NCBI GenBank assembly: GCA_964601845.1
Contig: CAZROX010000001.1
Location: 1 to 41,778, forward strand
Origin: an uncultured Halothiobacillaceae bacterium
Lineage (GTDB): Bacteria; Pseudomonadota; Gammaproteobacteria; CAZROX01
Direction: 5' to 3'
Length of the DNA stretch: 41,778 bases
Shown here piece by piece: positions 10,128 through 19,858 of this stretch (positions are counted from its first letter, which is position 1; every line of letters begins with the position of its first letter). A model generated the notes under the pieces. That model searched no databases. It saw nothing but the letters and a program-made list of their open reading frames with translations, and was not told the origin of the DNA. Made by a program: the position numbers and the translations under genes.

Positions 10128-10868
10128 ATGGTTGATCAAAAACAGGTGTTTGGTTTGCATGCGGTGACGGCGGCCCTGAAGGGTCTCTCCGGTGAGGCGA
10201 CATTATTTGTGCAGGAGGGAGTCGGCCAGCGGGTGACACAGCTGGCACAGCAGGCCAGAGGGCTTGGCACGCAGGTACAATTTGTGGATAGACGGACACT
10301 CGATACCATGTGTGGTGGCAATCATCAGGGGGTGTTGTTGCAAATACTCTCGGCGAAGGTTGCTTATCACGAGGATGATCTAGAATCCTTGCTAGAGCAC
10401 TGCCCAGCTGCGCCCTTGGTACTGGCGTTGGACTGCGTACAGGATCCGCATAACTTGGGTGCCTGTATCCGCAGTGCGCTGGCAATGGGGGCGGTGTGTG
10501 TGTTGGTGCCAAAAGATGGCGCTTGCAGCCTAAATGCCACTGTGCGCAAGGTTGCTTGTGGAGCGGCAGAGCAGATACCCTTTATACAGGTGGCAAATTT
10601 GGCGCGCACACTAGGTAAACTCAAGCAACTGGGATTGTGGGTAGTGGGTACGGCAGAGCATGCGGATAGTGAGCTGCGCGAGGTCGATCTCACACAGCCG
10701 TTGGTATTGGTGGTTGGGTCGGAGGGGAGTGGGCTGCGCCGCTTGACACAAAAATGCTGCGATCATGTTGTTCGCATCGCGACATCTGATCAATTAAATA
10801 GCCTGAACGTCTCTGTGGCCTGCGGTATCAGTTTGTACGAGGTCAATCGACAGCGCTGTGTCTTTTAA
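10128..10868 (+). CDS. rlmB: 23S rRNA (guanosine-2'-O)-methyltransferase RlmB (SpoU/TrmH family)
   Basis: VFGLHAV N-terminus; DPHNLGACIRSA and LVVGSEGSGL SpoU motifs; classical position directly after rnr. The track start is GTG 10116; ATG 10128 fits homologues better. Confidence 0.85.
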   Translation: MVDQKQVFGLHAVTAALKGLSGEATLFVQEGVGQRVTQLAQQARGLGTQVQFVDRRTLDTMCGGNHQGVLLQILSAKVAYHEDDLESLLEHCPAAPLVLALDCVQDPHNLGACIRSALAMGAVCVLVPKDGACSLNATVRKVACGAAEQIPFIQVANLARTLGKLKQLGLWVVGTAEHADSELREVDLTQPLVLVVGSEGSGLRRLTQKCCDHVVRIATSDQLNSLNVSVACGISLYEVNRQRCVF

Positions 10869-10883
10869 TTAAATTATCTGGAT

Positions 10884-11456
10884 ATGTTTAAATCTTTATA
10901 TGCATATGTGCTAAAGCTATCCGGCCATCGGCATGCCCAGTATGTGCTGGGTATTTATAGCTTTCTCGAATCGATCATCGTGCCAATACCGACCGACGTC
11001 ATTTTGCTGCCGATGGTGTTGCGCACGCCCAATCGGGCAATCTACCTCATCGCCTTGGCGGTGATTACATCTGTGATTGGCGGGTTGGTGGGCTATGCAC
11101 TGGGTGCCTATGCCATGGTTTGGGTGGCACCTTGGCTGCAGTATTTTGGGCAGTGGGACACCTATGTGCAGATGCAGCATTATCTAGAAGACCTACAGTT
11201 TTGGGCCATTATCATCGGCGCCTTGACCCCGCTACCCTATAAACTATTTACGATTGCCGCCGGCGCATTTGGTTGGTCTCTGTGGCTGTTTATCATCGCC
11301 TCAATTATTGGCCGCACGATGCGCTTTGGGTTGGTGGGCCTGTTGGCACGCTTTTTGAAAACAGAAACCGTGGAGGTTTGGGTTCATAAACATATCGAGC
11401 GATTAGGTTGGGTCGTCGTGCTGATGTTTGCGCTCTATATCGTGTACAAGCTGTAG
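10884..11456 (+). CDS. YqaA/DedA-superfamily inner-membrane protein
   Basis: Multi-pass hydrophobic protein with the N-terminal FLES-x-PIP-type pattern remembered from the YqaA/SNARE-associated family. The family call is approximate. Confidence 0.6.
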   Translation: MFKSLYAYVLKLSGHRHAQYVLGIYSFLESIIVPIPTDVILLPMVLRTPNRAIYLIALAVITSVIGGLVGYALGAYAMVWVAPWLQYFGQWDTYVQMQHYLEDLQFWAIIIGALTPLPYKLFTIAAGAFGWSLWLFIIASIIGRTMRFGLVGLLARFLKTETVEVWVHKHIERLGWVVVLMFALYIVYKL

Positions 11457-11629
11457 TTCTAGTTGTAGTCCTAGCGCATCGGCCATCGTATTAGCAGCAA
11501 GCATCTACCATCTACCATGGCGCTTCGCCGATAGCCCGCTAATCTATACAGCTTATCGACAAATAACGGCGATCAGCTGATGCATTCAATTAGCTAGTGG
11601 GGGATGGAACTCGCTCATTAACCATCCGC

Positions 11630-13087
11630 TCAGCCTTCAATACCATCGACACACAGATACTTGACCTCCAGATACTCATCGATACCATGGTGTGAGCCCT
11701 CGCGCCCGATGCCCGACTCTTTCACGCCCCCAAAGGGTGCATACTCGGCAGAGATGACACCGGTGTTGATGCCAACCATGCCAAAATCGAGCTGCTCAGA
11801 CACGCGAAATAGGCGCCCAAGGTCATTGGTGTAAAAGTACGAGGCCAAACCATAGGGGGTACTGTTGGCGTACTCGATAACCTCTTGCTCATCGCGAAAT
11901 GAGATGATGGGTGCCACTGGGCCAAAAGTCTCCTCCGAGGTAATTTGCATATCAGAGGTGACATCCCCTAGCACTGTGGGGAGGAAAAAATTCCCACCCA
12001 GTGTATGGGGTTTGCCACCTGCCAAGAGGGTGGCGCCTTTTGCCATCGCATCGGCGATATGCTCCTCAACTTTTGCGACTGCCTGTGTATCAATCAGCGG
12101 GCCGATATCTGTGCCCTCGTGCAAGCCATTGCCAACTGTCAGCTGACTGGCCGCCGCAGCCAGTTTTTGGCTAAATTCTTGGTAGACCGACTCGTGTACA
12201 TAGATGCGATTGGCACAGACACAAGTCTGCCCACCGGCGCGGTATTTAGAGGCGATGGCGCCTTGGACAGCCCGATCTATTTGCGCATCCTCAAACACGA
12301 TAAAGGGTGCGTGCCCACCCAACTCCATCGAAACACGCTTGACGGTCGAGGCGCATTGCGACAAAAGATGCTTGCCGACCTCTGTCGAGCCAGTAAAAGA
12401 CAACTTGCGCACGATGGGATTGGCGCAAATCTCACCACCTATCTCACGCGACTTACCGGTGATGACATTGAGCACACCGGCGGGTATCCCGGCACGATGC
12501 GCAAGCTCGGCCAAAGCCAGTGCAGAAAAGGGGGTTTGGCTGGCGGGTTTGACCAGGGTGCTGCAACCGGCTGCAAGTGCCGGTGCACACTTGCGCGTAA
12601 TCATCGCGTTGGGGAAGTTCCAAGGTGTCACCGCCGCTGCAACACCGACCGGCTGCTTGATGGTGATAACTCTGCGATCGGAGAGGTGTGCTGGAATGGT
12701 TTCGCCGTAGACGCGCTTGCACTCCTCGGCAAACCATTGGATAAACGAGGCGCCATAGTCCACTTCGGCGCGCGATTCTGGCAGGGGTTTGCCCTGCTCC
12801 CAGGTCATAATTATGGCCAGGTCTTCTCGATTTTCTAAAATGAGTTGATGCCATTTATGCAGCAAGGTAGCGCGTGCTTTGGCGGTTGTCTTGCTCCATG
12901 TGGCCTGTGCGCGCTCAGCGGCGAGGATGGTGGTACGTGTTTCGGCGGTGCCCATGTTGGGCACTGTGCCTAACTGCTGCCCATCGGCCGGGTTAAGGAT
13001 TGTGATTGTCTGCCCATCTTCGGCATCGCGCCACTGGCCATCGATGTAGGCTTGCTGGCGCAGTAGCGTACTGTCGGATAATTGCAT
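11630..13087 (-). CDS. gabD: NAD(P)-dependent succinate-semialdehyde dehydrogenase
   Basis: ALDH fold with ELGGHAPFIV (catalytic Glu) and GQTCVCANR (catalytic Cys); 485 aa, with overall GabD-like sequence. Begins 5 nt after the serS stop. Confidence 0.85.
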   Translation of the reverse strand: MQLSDSTLLRQQAYIDGQWRDAEDGQTITILNPADGQQLGTVPNMGTAETRTTILAAERAQATWSKTTAKARATLLHKWHQLILENREDLAIIMTWEQGKPLPESRAEVDYGASFIQWFAEECKRVYGETIPAHLSDRRVITIKQPVGVAAAVTPWNFPNAMITRKCAPALAAGCSTLVKPASQTPFSALALAELAHRAGIPAGVLNVITGKSREIGGEICANPIVRKLSFTGSTEVGKHLLSQCASTVKRVSMELGGHAPFIVFEDAQIDRAVQGAIASKYRAGGQTCVCANRIYVHESVYQEFSQKLAAAASQLTVGNGLHEGTDIGPLIDTQAVAKVEEHIADAMAKGATLLAGGKPHTLGGNFFLPTVLGDVTSDMQITSEETFGPVAPIISFRDEQEVIEYANSTPYGLASYFYTNDLGRLFRVSEQLDFGMVGINTGVISAEYAPFGGVKESGIGREGSHHGIDEYLEVKYLCVDGIEG

Positions 13088-13092
13088 GGTGT

Positions 13093-14397
13093 TTATGTCC
13101 TCGGGTTAATATGTGTGCGCCCGTCCATATAGGGGACGATCGCATCTGGCAATAGGATACTACCATCTGCTTGCTGGTAGTTTTCCAATACGGCCAATAG
13201 GGTACGACCAATGGCGAGGCCGCTGCCGTTGAGTGTGTGCAACAGCTCAGGCTTGCCACTGGCAGGATTGCGCCAGCGTGCGCGCATGCGCCGTGCTTGA
13301 AAATCGCGCGTATTGCTACAAGATGATATCTCGCGGTATTTTTGCTGAGAGGGTACCCACACTTCGATGTCATACGTTTTGGCGGCAGCAAATCCTGTAT
13401 CGCCCGCGCAGAGGATGAGCACGCGATAGGGCAATTGTAGATATTGCAAAATGCGCTCGGCATGTTGTGTTAAAACCTCCAGGGTTTTATCCGACTCCGT
13501 TGGCTTGACGATGTGCACCAGCTCTACTTTTTCGAACTGATGCTGCCTAATCAGACCGCGCGTGTCTCGACCGTAGGAGCCGGCCTCAGAGCGAAAACAG
13601 GCCGAGTGACACACGTACTGCATGGGTAGGTCCTGCTCGCTGACAATTTCATCGCGCACAAAATTGGTGACAGACACCTCGGCGGTCGGGATCAAAAAAT
13701 GCTCCCGCTCACCTTGCAGTGCAAATAAATCCGCTTCAAATTTTGGTAGTTGTCCCGTGCCAAATAGCGTTTCACGATTGGCGATATAGGGGATATTGAC
13801 CTCCTGATAGCCATGTTCCTTGATGTGTACATCGAGCATGAATTGCGCCAGGGCGCGGTTGAGTCGAGCGATATCACCGCGCAGGACCGCAAAGCGCGCA
13901 CCGGCCAGCTTGCTGGCGGTGGCAAAGTCGATGTCGGTCGGCGCCAGCTCAAAATGACTTTTTACAGGGAAATCAAATACCTTCGGCTCGCCCCAGGTGC
14001 GTACTTCGACATTGTCATCTTCATGGGTGCCATCGGGCACGCTGCTATCTAGCAGGTTAGGGATTTGCTCGCTGAGTGCTTGAATACGCTGTTCGATATC
14101 ATCTCGCGTGGCCTCGGTGCGCGTGATCGTCTCATTCAAAGCGAGCAGTTTTTTATGTTGGCTATCCATCGTGCAGGATGCCGGCTCTGTTGGGTCTGTG
14201 GCCGCTGCCCGCTTTGCTAGGGCAAAGGCTTGTTCAAGTTGCTTGCGTTCGATTTGCAAGGCTTGCAAATCGCTCTGGCATTGATGGCGCTGGGTTTCAA
14301 GTTGCGTGAATGCGGCCTGATCTAATTCATAGTGGCGTCGCTTTAAGTTGTCCGCGATATCTTGTAGCTCGCGACGGATTTTTTTTGGATCAAGCAT
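13093..14397 (-). CDS. serS: serine--tRNA ligase
   Basis: N-terminal coiled-coil arm. Class II motifs [25 protein letters not shown] and [18 protein letters not shown]. Confidence 0.95.
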   Translation of the reverse strand: MLDPKKIRRELQDIADNLKRRHYELDQAAFTQLETQRHQCQSDLQALQIERKQLEQAFALAKRAAATDPTEPASCTMDSQHKKLLALNETITRTEATRDDIEQRIQALSEQIPNLLDSSVPDGTHEDDNVEVRTWGEPKVFDFPVKSHFELAPTDIDFATASKLAGARFAVLRGDIARLNRALAQFMLDVHIKEHGYQEVNIPYIANRETLFGTGQLPKFEADLFALQGEREHFLIPTAEVSVTNFVRDEIVSEQDLPMQYVCHSACFRSEAGSYGRDTRGLIRQHQFEKVELVHIVKPTESDKTLEVLTQHAERILQYLQLPYRVLILCAGDTGFAAAKTYDIEVWVPSQQKYREISSCSNTRDFQARRMRARWRNPASGKPELLHTLNGSGLAIGRTLLAVLENYQQADGSILLPDAIVPYMDGRTHINPRT

Positions 14398-14453
14398 AGT
14401 TGGGTATAAAAACAGTAATGAAATATCAGCGTCAATCTGATTTTACTAGATGC

Positions 14454-14479
14454 GGTGTTTGGGTGTCTCAACAAACACC
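14454..14479 (-). terminator. hairpin downstream of proV and upstream of serS
   Basis: GGTGTTTG-10 nt-CAAACACC; no clear U-tract. Confidence 0.3.
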
Positions 14480-14524
14480 TTGATATGCACTACACAGGGC
14501 GTTGTCAGGCGGTATGCATTTGGG

Positions 14525-15547
14525 TTAATCGAGCATTTTGCCGAGTGTTTCTTGGGTAATATGGCCGACCACTTGGTCTTTATTGTCTGTTACCGCAACT
14601 GGCTTATTGCCCGTTTTTAGCATAATGGGAATGATCGAGTCGAGGAAGGTCTCTCTATTAAAGCTGTGGGTCACATCCTCTGGCACTGGCGCTGTTTTGA
14701 TACTAATCATCGCGTGCCTTGCACGCAGCACGCGTGCCTTACTGACATCGACCACAAAAGAGGAGACATAGTCATCCGCCGGTTTCAGCACGATATCCTC
14801 GGGTCTGCCGACCTGTGCTAAGCGCCCGCCATTGAGTATGGCAATGCTGTCGCCCAGGCGCAGGGCCTCGTCTAGATCGTGCGTGATAAAGACAATGGTT
14901 TTCTTTAGCTTTTTTTGTAGCGCTAACAACTGCGCTTGCATGTCCGATCGAATGAGTGGGTCCAATGCACTGAACGCCTCATCCATCAGCAAAATGCTGG
15001 GGTCGGTTGCCAGGGCGCGCGCCAATCCAACACGCTGTTGCATGCCACCTGAGAGTTGGCTTGGATATTGATGGCCAAACCCTGTCAGCCCCACTTTTTC
15101 GATACACTCGTTGGCTATCCGATGACGCTCCTGCGTCTTAACACCACGTGTTAGCAGCCCAAAGCCGACATTATCTAGCACACTTTTGTGTGGCATGAGC
15201 CCAAAGCGCTGAAACACCATGCTCACTTTTTCACGTCTAAAAGTTTGCAGTTGCGGTTTTGTCAGAGACAAAATATCTAAATCTTCTATGTAGATAGAGC
15301 CCTCTGTCGGGTCGATCAGGCGGTTAATATGCCGAATCAGTGTCGACTTGCCGGAGCCGGAAAGCCCCATGACAACAAAAATTTTACCGGATTTAATATC
15401 GAGCGATATATCATCTAGGCCGACCGTGTGATCGGTTTGCGCCAGTACATCCTCTTTGTTAAGCCCGCTCTTGACCAACTCTAGGGCAGGGGCCGGATTG
15501 TGTCCAAAAATTTTGTACACATGTTCTATTCGAATATGACTGGCCAT
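14525..15547 (-). CDS. proV: glycine betaine/quaternary-amine ABC transporter ATP-binding protein (ProV-type, C-terminal CBS region)
   Basis: Walker A GLSGSGKST, signature LSGGMQQRVGLARAL, Walker B LLMDEAFSALD. Start taken at MASHIRIEH (ATG 15547), 1 nt after the proW stop. Confidence 0.85.
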   Translation of the reverse strand: MASHIRIEHVYKIFGHNPAPALELVKSGLNKEDVLAQTDHTVGLDDISLDIKSGKIFVVMGLSGSGKSTLIRHINRLIDPTEGSIYIEDLDILSLTKPQLQTFRREKVSMVFQRFGLMPHKSVLDNVGFGLLTRGVKTQERHRIANECIEKVGLTGFGHQYPSQLSGGMQQRVGLARALATDPSILLMDEAFSALDPLIRSDMQAQLLALQKKLKKTIVFITHDLDEALRLGDSIAILNGGRLAQVGRPEDIVLKPADDYVSSFVVDVSKARVLRARHAMISIKTAPVPEDVTHSFNRETFLDSIIPIMLKTGNKPVAVTDNKDQVVGHITQETLGKMLD

Positions 15548-15548
15548 G

Positions 15549-16586
15549 TTATTTGTCTTTAGAGGGATTGTTTTTCTTTTGCAGGCGATCACCGTATGAC
15601 TGGGTGATTCTGTCTATCGCGATCGCCAGCAGGACAATGGCAATACCCGCTTCGGCGGCGCGCCCAACGTTGAGCTGTTGCAACCCCAGTAGGACTTCAT
15701 CGCCCAGTCCGCGCGTGCCGATCATAGAGGCGATGACCACCATGGCCAATGCCATCAGGGTTGTCTGGTTAATGCCCTGCATAATATTTGGCATGGCAAG
15801 TGGAATTTGTACCTGCCACAATTTTAGCTGTGGCGAGGCACCAAAACTTTCTGCAGCCTCGATCACCTCTGAGTCGACCAAGCGGATGCCGAGGTCTGTC
15901 AGGCGTATCAGAGGGGGCATGGCGTAGATCACGGTGGCAATAATTGCCGGTACGGCACCGAGGCCAAACAGCATAATTCCCGGGATCAGATAACAGAAGC
16001 TTGGGATAGTCTGCATGAGATCCAAAATGGGCAGCAGCGCATTGCGAACCCGTGGACTTTGCGACATTAAAATAGCGGTTGGGATGCCGATTAGGATGCA
16101 GATGGCAATGGCGATCATCATGATGCCGAGGGTCTGCATGGATTTGTCCCAAAACTTGGGGCTAAGAAAGCCGATACCGAACACACAGGCGGCAACCAGT
16201 GCCGTGGTAGAGATTTTTTTGCCGCTAATAAAGTAAGTAAAAACGACTATCGCGAGAAAAGAGACAGACCAAGGTATAGAGATCAGAAAGTTGGTGATAC
16301 CGACAACGATGCCGAGCAAAAAATCATTGATGGCATCAAAAATCCAACCATAGGTTGTCACCAGTGCACGCATGCCATCGTTAATCCAAGCCTGCAAGGG
16401 GAGATCCATCCATCTGGGCCAGTTGTCTAGCCAGGTGAGATCGCCAAATAACTCTTGTAGGTTATCTGGTTTTTTGCGTTTGGAGGCGAAGAAGCTGTAC
16501 AGGACTAAGGCGCTGATCACGCAAAAGCCAAGCGCGTAAGGAATCCAGTGACGGTGCTTGTTAAACAGTAATAATGAGCGAGTCAA
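15549..16586 (-). CDS. proW: glycine betaine/quaternary-amine ABC transporter permease (ProW-type)
   Basis: Multi-pass permease with an EAA-loop region (EAAESFGASPQLKLWQVQIPLA). Only a TTG start is available at 16586, so the start is uncertain. Confidence 0.8.
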   Translation of the reverse strand: MTRSLLLFNKHRHWIPYALGFCVISALVLYSFFASKRKKPDNLQELFGDLTWLDNWPRWMDLPLQAWINDGMRALVTTYGWIFDAINDFLLGIVVGITNFLISIPWSVSFLAIVVFTYFISGKKISTTALVAACVFGIGFLSPKFWDKSMQTLGIMMIAIAICILIGIPTAILMSQSPRVRNALLPILDLMQTIPSFCYLIPGIMLFGLGAVPAIIATVIYAMPPLIRLTDLGIRLVDSEVIEAAESFGASPQLKLWQVQIPLAMPNIMQGINQTTLMALAMVVIASMIGTRGLGDEVLLGLQQLNVGRAAEAGIAIVLLAIAIDRITQSYGDRLQKKNNPSKDK

Positions 16587-16628
16587 GGCAGTTTTGAAGC
16601 GCAGTGCGCCCCTCGGTTGTTAAAAGGG

Positions 16629-16661
16629 TAGCCGAGCTCTTAGCTTGTAAGAGCTCGGCTA
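16629..16661 (-). promoter_or_regulatory. perfect 14-bp stem / 5-nt loop hairpin between proX and proW (intercistronic attenuator or mRNA-stabilising stem-loop)
   Basis: TAGCCGAGCTCTTA-gcttg-TAAGAGCTCGGCTA. On the transcribed (minus) strand it is followed by CCCTTTTAA. Confidence 0.5.
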
Positions 16662-16670
16662 GGTGAACCG

Positions 16671-17684
16671 CTAGATAGCCGCGAGTACGCGTCTGGTCAC
16701 GTGCGATGGCACCCAATCTTGCCATTCGTCGTTGTTTCTCAGATAGTGCCTAGCTGTGATTTCTGCCTCACCCTCTGCCTCGCCGAGATAGTGAACCAAC
16801 AGCTCGCTCACCTTGGCAGATGGCATGGTGTACTGCGCTAAAAAGTCGATGATCTCGGGCTCTTGACCTTCTAGCTGGGTGTTGATCGTTACATCCAGCT
16901 CCATACTGGCGTAGGCTGTGGCGACGGTATCACGCAACTCGCCTTCACCCTCGTTCTTGATGTCGTTGACGACGACCATCATCTGATTCCACTTGTCGGC
17001 ATCGTATGCTGGCTCTTCTAGCTTAACCAAATCGACAGTGCCCATTAGTGCTGTTGGCTCCCAATAGTAGGTAAACACGGGCTTGCCCTTATCAAAACCA
17101 CCCTTGATCGACGCATCCAGCGCACCAGATGAACCCGGGTCGTAGTTTGTATAGTATTTATCCAAACCATAGACGTGCTGCTTGACGAGGTTGATCGTAT
17201 AGCAGCTCCAGCCGGAGATGCAGCTGGTCATACGTCCTTTGGAGGGCATTTCTGGATCGCGAAAGAGCTGCGCAATTTTTGGATCCAGCATATCCTCTAC
17301 CGAGCGCAAGTTATATTTGCGTGCCGTCGGCCCATCGACATAGAAACCCTGCCCAGAGTCGGGCGTATTGACGCCGATCCGAACCACTCGGCCCGCATCT
17401 TCATGTGGCTTCATTTGATCGACGATGTTGCCGTACCAGGTTTCCATAACCACATCGATTTGGCCCTCGTAGAGACCCGTCATGATTGGCAGGGTCGACC
17501 CTGTGGTGACCCGGACGTCACAACCAAAGCCTTCTTCCAAAATTACCTGTGCGATCGCCGTGTGCAATTTGGCACTATTCCAGTCAAAATCGCCCATCCG
17601 CACTGTGTCACAGGCCTGAGCGCCCTGAGCGATAAACGACATGCCGAACACCAGCACCAGTACACGCAAAAAATGATCTCTCAT
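16671..17684 (-). CDS. proX: periplasmic quaternary-amine (glycine betaine-type) substrate-binding protein (ProX-type)
   Basis: Signal peptide ending AQGAQA-C. The CISGWSCYTINL segment parallels E. coli ProX CNPGWGCEGAIN. Aromatic-rich (W/Y) binding-site residues. GGAGG lies 8 nt upstream of ATG 17684. Confidence 0.8.
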   Translation of the reverse strand: MRDHFLRVLVLVFGMSFIAQGAQACDTVRMGDFDWNSAKLHTAIAQVILEEGFGCDVRVTTGSTLPIMTGLYEGQIDVVMETWYGNIVDQMKPHEDAGRVVRIGVNTPDSGQGFYVDGPTARKYNLRSVEDMLDPKIAQLFRDPEMPSKGRMTSCISGWSCYTINLVKQHVYGLDKYYTNYDPGSSGALDASIKGGFDKGKPVFTYYWEPTALMGTVDLVKLEEPAYDADKWNQMMVVVNDIKNEGEGELRDTVATAYASMELDVTINTQLEGQEPEIIDFLAQYTMPSAKVSELLVHYLGEAEGEAEITARHYLRNNDEWQDWVPSHVTRRVLAAI

Positions 17685-18132
17685 ATGAGTCGCCTCCATT
17701 AATCTGTTGGTTAAAAGTTTTAGCATGGCAATGATAGTGATACTACGCCTCTAGGCCTCGCATATGCATCAAAATCACATGCGATTATTGCCAGCTGTTA
17801 GCATCAGCTACCTACATCATTATGCCAGCTAGGCTGATTTGTCAAGTGTTGATCATGCGTCAGATGGTTTTAGCGTGCGGGGGGAGCGGTTGTTTTGGGA
17901 GCCTATGGGCGCTATAGGTTGCCATGTGGCACGGATCATCCTAGCTGGCATATCTGATGGGTTTTTATCTAAAAAATACCCGATAATGTCCAGCTAATTG
18001 CGTATAAGAATGGCAGCTTGCCTTTAGCAAGATGCTATCGCATCCGATGGTCAGCTAAAGGTGTTGGGCGGTGGTGGTCGCACTGATATTACTTTGTGTG
18101 CCCTGCAGCTTGGTGGCTGCTCAGATTATTGA

Positions 18133-18170
18133 TCCAAACAGTTTTTAGCTGTAACAGCGCCATGTTTGGA
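18133..18170. promoter_or_regulatory. 8-bp inverted repeat TCCAAACA-N22-TGTTTGGA in the proX/mmsA divergent control region (possible operator or leader hairpin)
   Basis: Read directly from the sequence. No known consensus could be assigned. Confidence 0.2.
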
Positions 18171-18292
18171 GCGGCAATTTAGCCCGTGTTGCGCATGTCG
18201 ATTACCAGGTGCTGGCGCCATTGCACTCGGTGACGCGTGCATCATTTTTGTTTTAATATAGGGATGCATTCCCTAGTACTCTGGTATGACTC

Positions 18293-19813
18293 ATGTCCTC
18301 ACAAGCCCCCCGTACGCTTTCGCACTACATCGACAACCAACTCGTTGCGCCGGCACCAGCGAGCCGCACCAGCTCGGTGCACAATCCCGCAACCGGTGAG
18401 TTGATCTGCCAGGTGCCGCTGGCATCGGCGGATGAGACGCGCGCTGCGGTGCAGCGGGCAAAGATCGCTTTTGCCAGCTGGAGTCAGGTGCCAGTTGGCA
18501 AGCGTGCGCAGTTAATGTTTGAATTTCGTGAAAAAATCTTGCAAAACATGGATCGACTGGCCGAGACCCTGTCCATGGAGCACGGAAAAATGCTGGATGA
18601 TGCCAAAGGGGAAATCCAGCGTGGTCTAGAGGTGGTCGAGTTTGCCTGTGGCATACCGCAGCTGCTCAAGGGGGAGTACAGCCAGAGCGTCGCACGCGAT
18701 GTGGATACCTGGAGCTTTCGCCAGCCGATGGGTGTTGTGGCCGGCATTACGCCGTTTAATTTCCCGGCCATGATCCCACTTTGGATGTTTCCACTCGCCA
18801 TCGCTTGCGGCAATACCTTTGTGCTCAAGCCCTCCGAGCGCGATCCCTCTACCGGCCTGCTGCTGGCGCAACTATTTGCAGAGGCGGGGGCACCCGAGGG
18901 CGTGCTCAATGTGGTGCACGGCGACAAAGAAGCGGTGGATGCGCTCTTGTCCGATGCCGATGTGCAGGCGGTCAGCTTCGTCGGTTCAACTCCGGTGGGC
19001 GAGTATATCTACCGCACCGGCACAGACTATGGCAAGCGTGTGCAGGCACTTTGCGGGGCAAAAAATCACATGGTGGTGATGCCGGATGCCGATCTAGATC
19101 AGGTGGTCGATGCCGTCATCGGCGCCGCCTATGGCTCTGCTGGCGAGCGCTGCATGGCAATATCGGTGGTGATTGCCATAGGCGATGAGGTGGCCGATCA
19201 GCTAATCAACGCACTCAAGCCGCGCGTTGCCAATCTCCTCGTTGGTCCCTACACACAACAGGATGCACAGATGGGCCCTGTCATTAGCGTGCAGGCGCGC
19301 GAGCGGATTTTAGGCTATATCGACAGCGGCGTGGCCCAGGGTGCCGAGCTGGTGTTGGATGGTCGCGGTGTCGAGGTGGCCGGGCACGAGGCGGGATATT
19401 TCCTTGGGGGGAGTATTTTTGATCGGGTAACAGCTGATATGGAGATCTACCAGCAAGAAATTTTTGGCCCGGTGTTGTCGATTGTGCGCTGTCAGTCGCT
19501 CGATGAGGCGTTACAATTGGTCGATGAGCACGAATATGGCAATGGCACGGCGTTGTTCACGCGCGATGGCGATGCGGCGCGCAGTTATTTGCATCGGGTG
19601 AAGGTTGGCATGGTCGGTATCAATGTGCCGATTCCGGTGCCCATGGCCTATCACAGCTTTGGTGGGTGGAAGCGCTCGTTGTTTGGCGACCATCACATAC
19701 ACGGCCCAGAGGGGGTGCGCTTTTATACGCGCCTCAAGAGTGTCACGACGCGCTGGCCATCTGCCATACGCGCCGGTAGCGTGTTCAACTTTAAACGGAG
19801 TAGCGAGCAATAA
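18293..19813 (+). CDS. mmsA: CoA-acylating methylmalonate-semialdehyde dehydrogenase
   Basis: Collinear with Pseudomonas MmsA: GITPFNFPAMIPLWMFPLAIACGNTF, GAKNH, GERCMAISV, YHSFGGWKRSLFGD. Confidence 0.9.
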   Translation: MSSQAPRTLSHYIDNQLVAPAPASRTSSVHNPATGELICQVPLASADETRAAVQRAKIAFASWSQVPVGKRAQLMFEFREKILQNMDRLAETLSMEHGKMLDDAKGEIQRGLEVVEFACGIPQLLKGEYSQSVARDVDTWSFRQPMGVVAGITPFNFPAMIPLWMFPLAIACGNTFVLKPSERDPSTGLLLAQLFAEAGAPEGVLNVVHGDKEAVDALLSDADVQAVSFVGSTPVGEYIYRTGTDYGKRVQALCGAKNHMVVMPDADLDQVVDAVIGAAYGSAGERCMAISVVIAIGDEVADQLINALKPRVANLLVGPYTQQDAQMGPVISVQARERILGYIDSGVAQGAELVLDGRGVEVAGHEAGYFLGGSIFDRVTADMEIYQQEIFGPVLSIVRCQSLDEALQLVDEHEYGNGTALFTRDGDAARSYLHRVKVGMVGINVPIPVPMAYHSFGGWKRSLFGDHHIHGPEGVRFYTRLKSVTTRWPSAIRAGSVFNFKRSSEQ

Positions 19814-19858
19814 GATGTGTTTAACAACCAGCCTTGCACCGCGCCCGGCCCAGTCTCT

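Noticed and set aside
12005-12838. A 277-aa ORF on the plus strand. Similar long antisense ORFs occur at 17175-17702 (+), 19511-20137 (-), 20189-20824 (-), 24337-24849 (-) and 27506-27994 (+).
   Set aside because: Each lies entirely antisense to a confidently identified gene (gabD, proX, kdsD, ilvD, recR). They show Arg/Gly/His/Cys-rich low-complexity translations with no motifs, and are typical shadow ORFs of GC-rich coding sequence.
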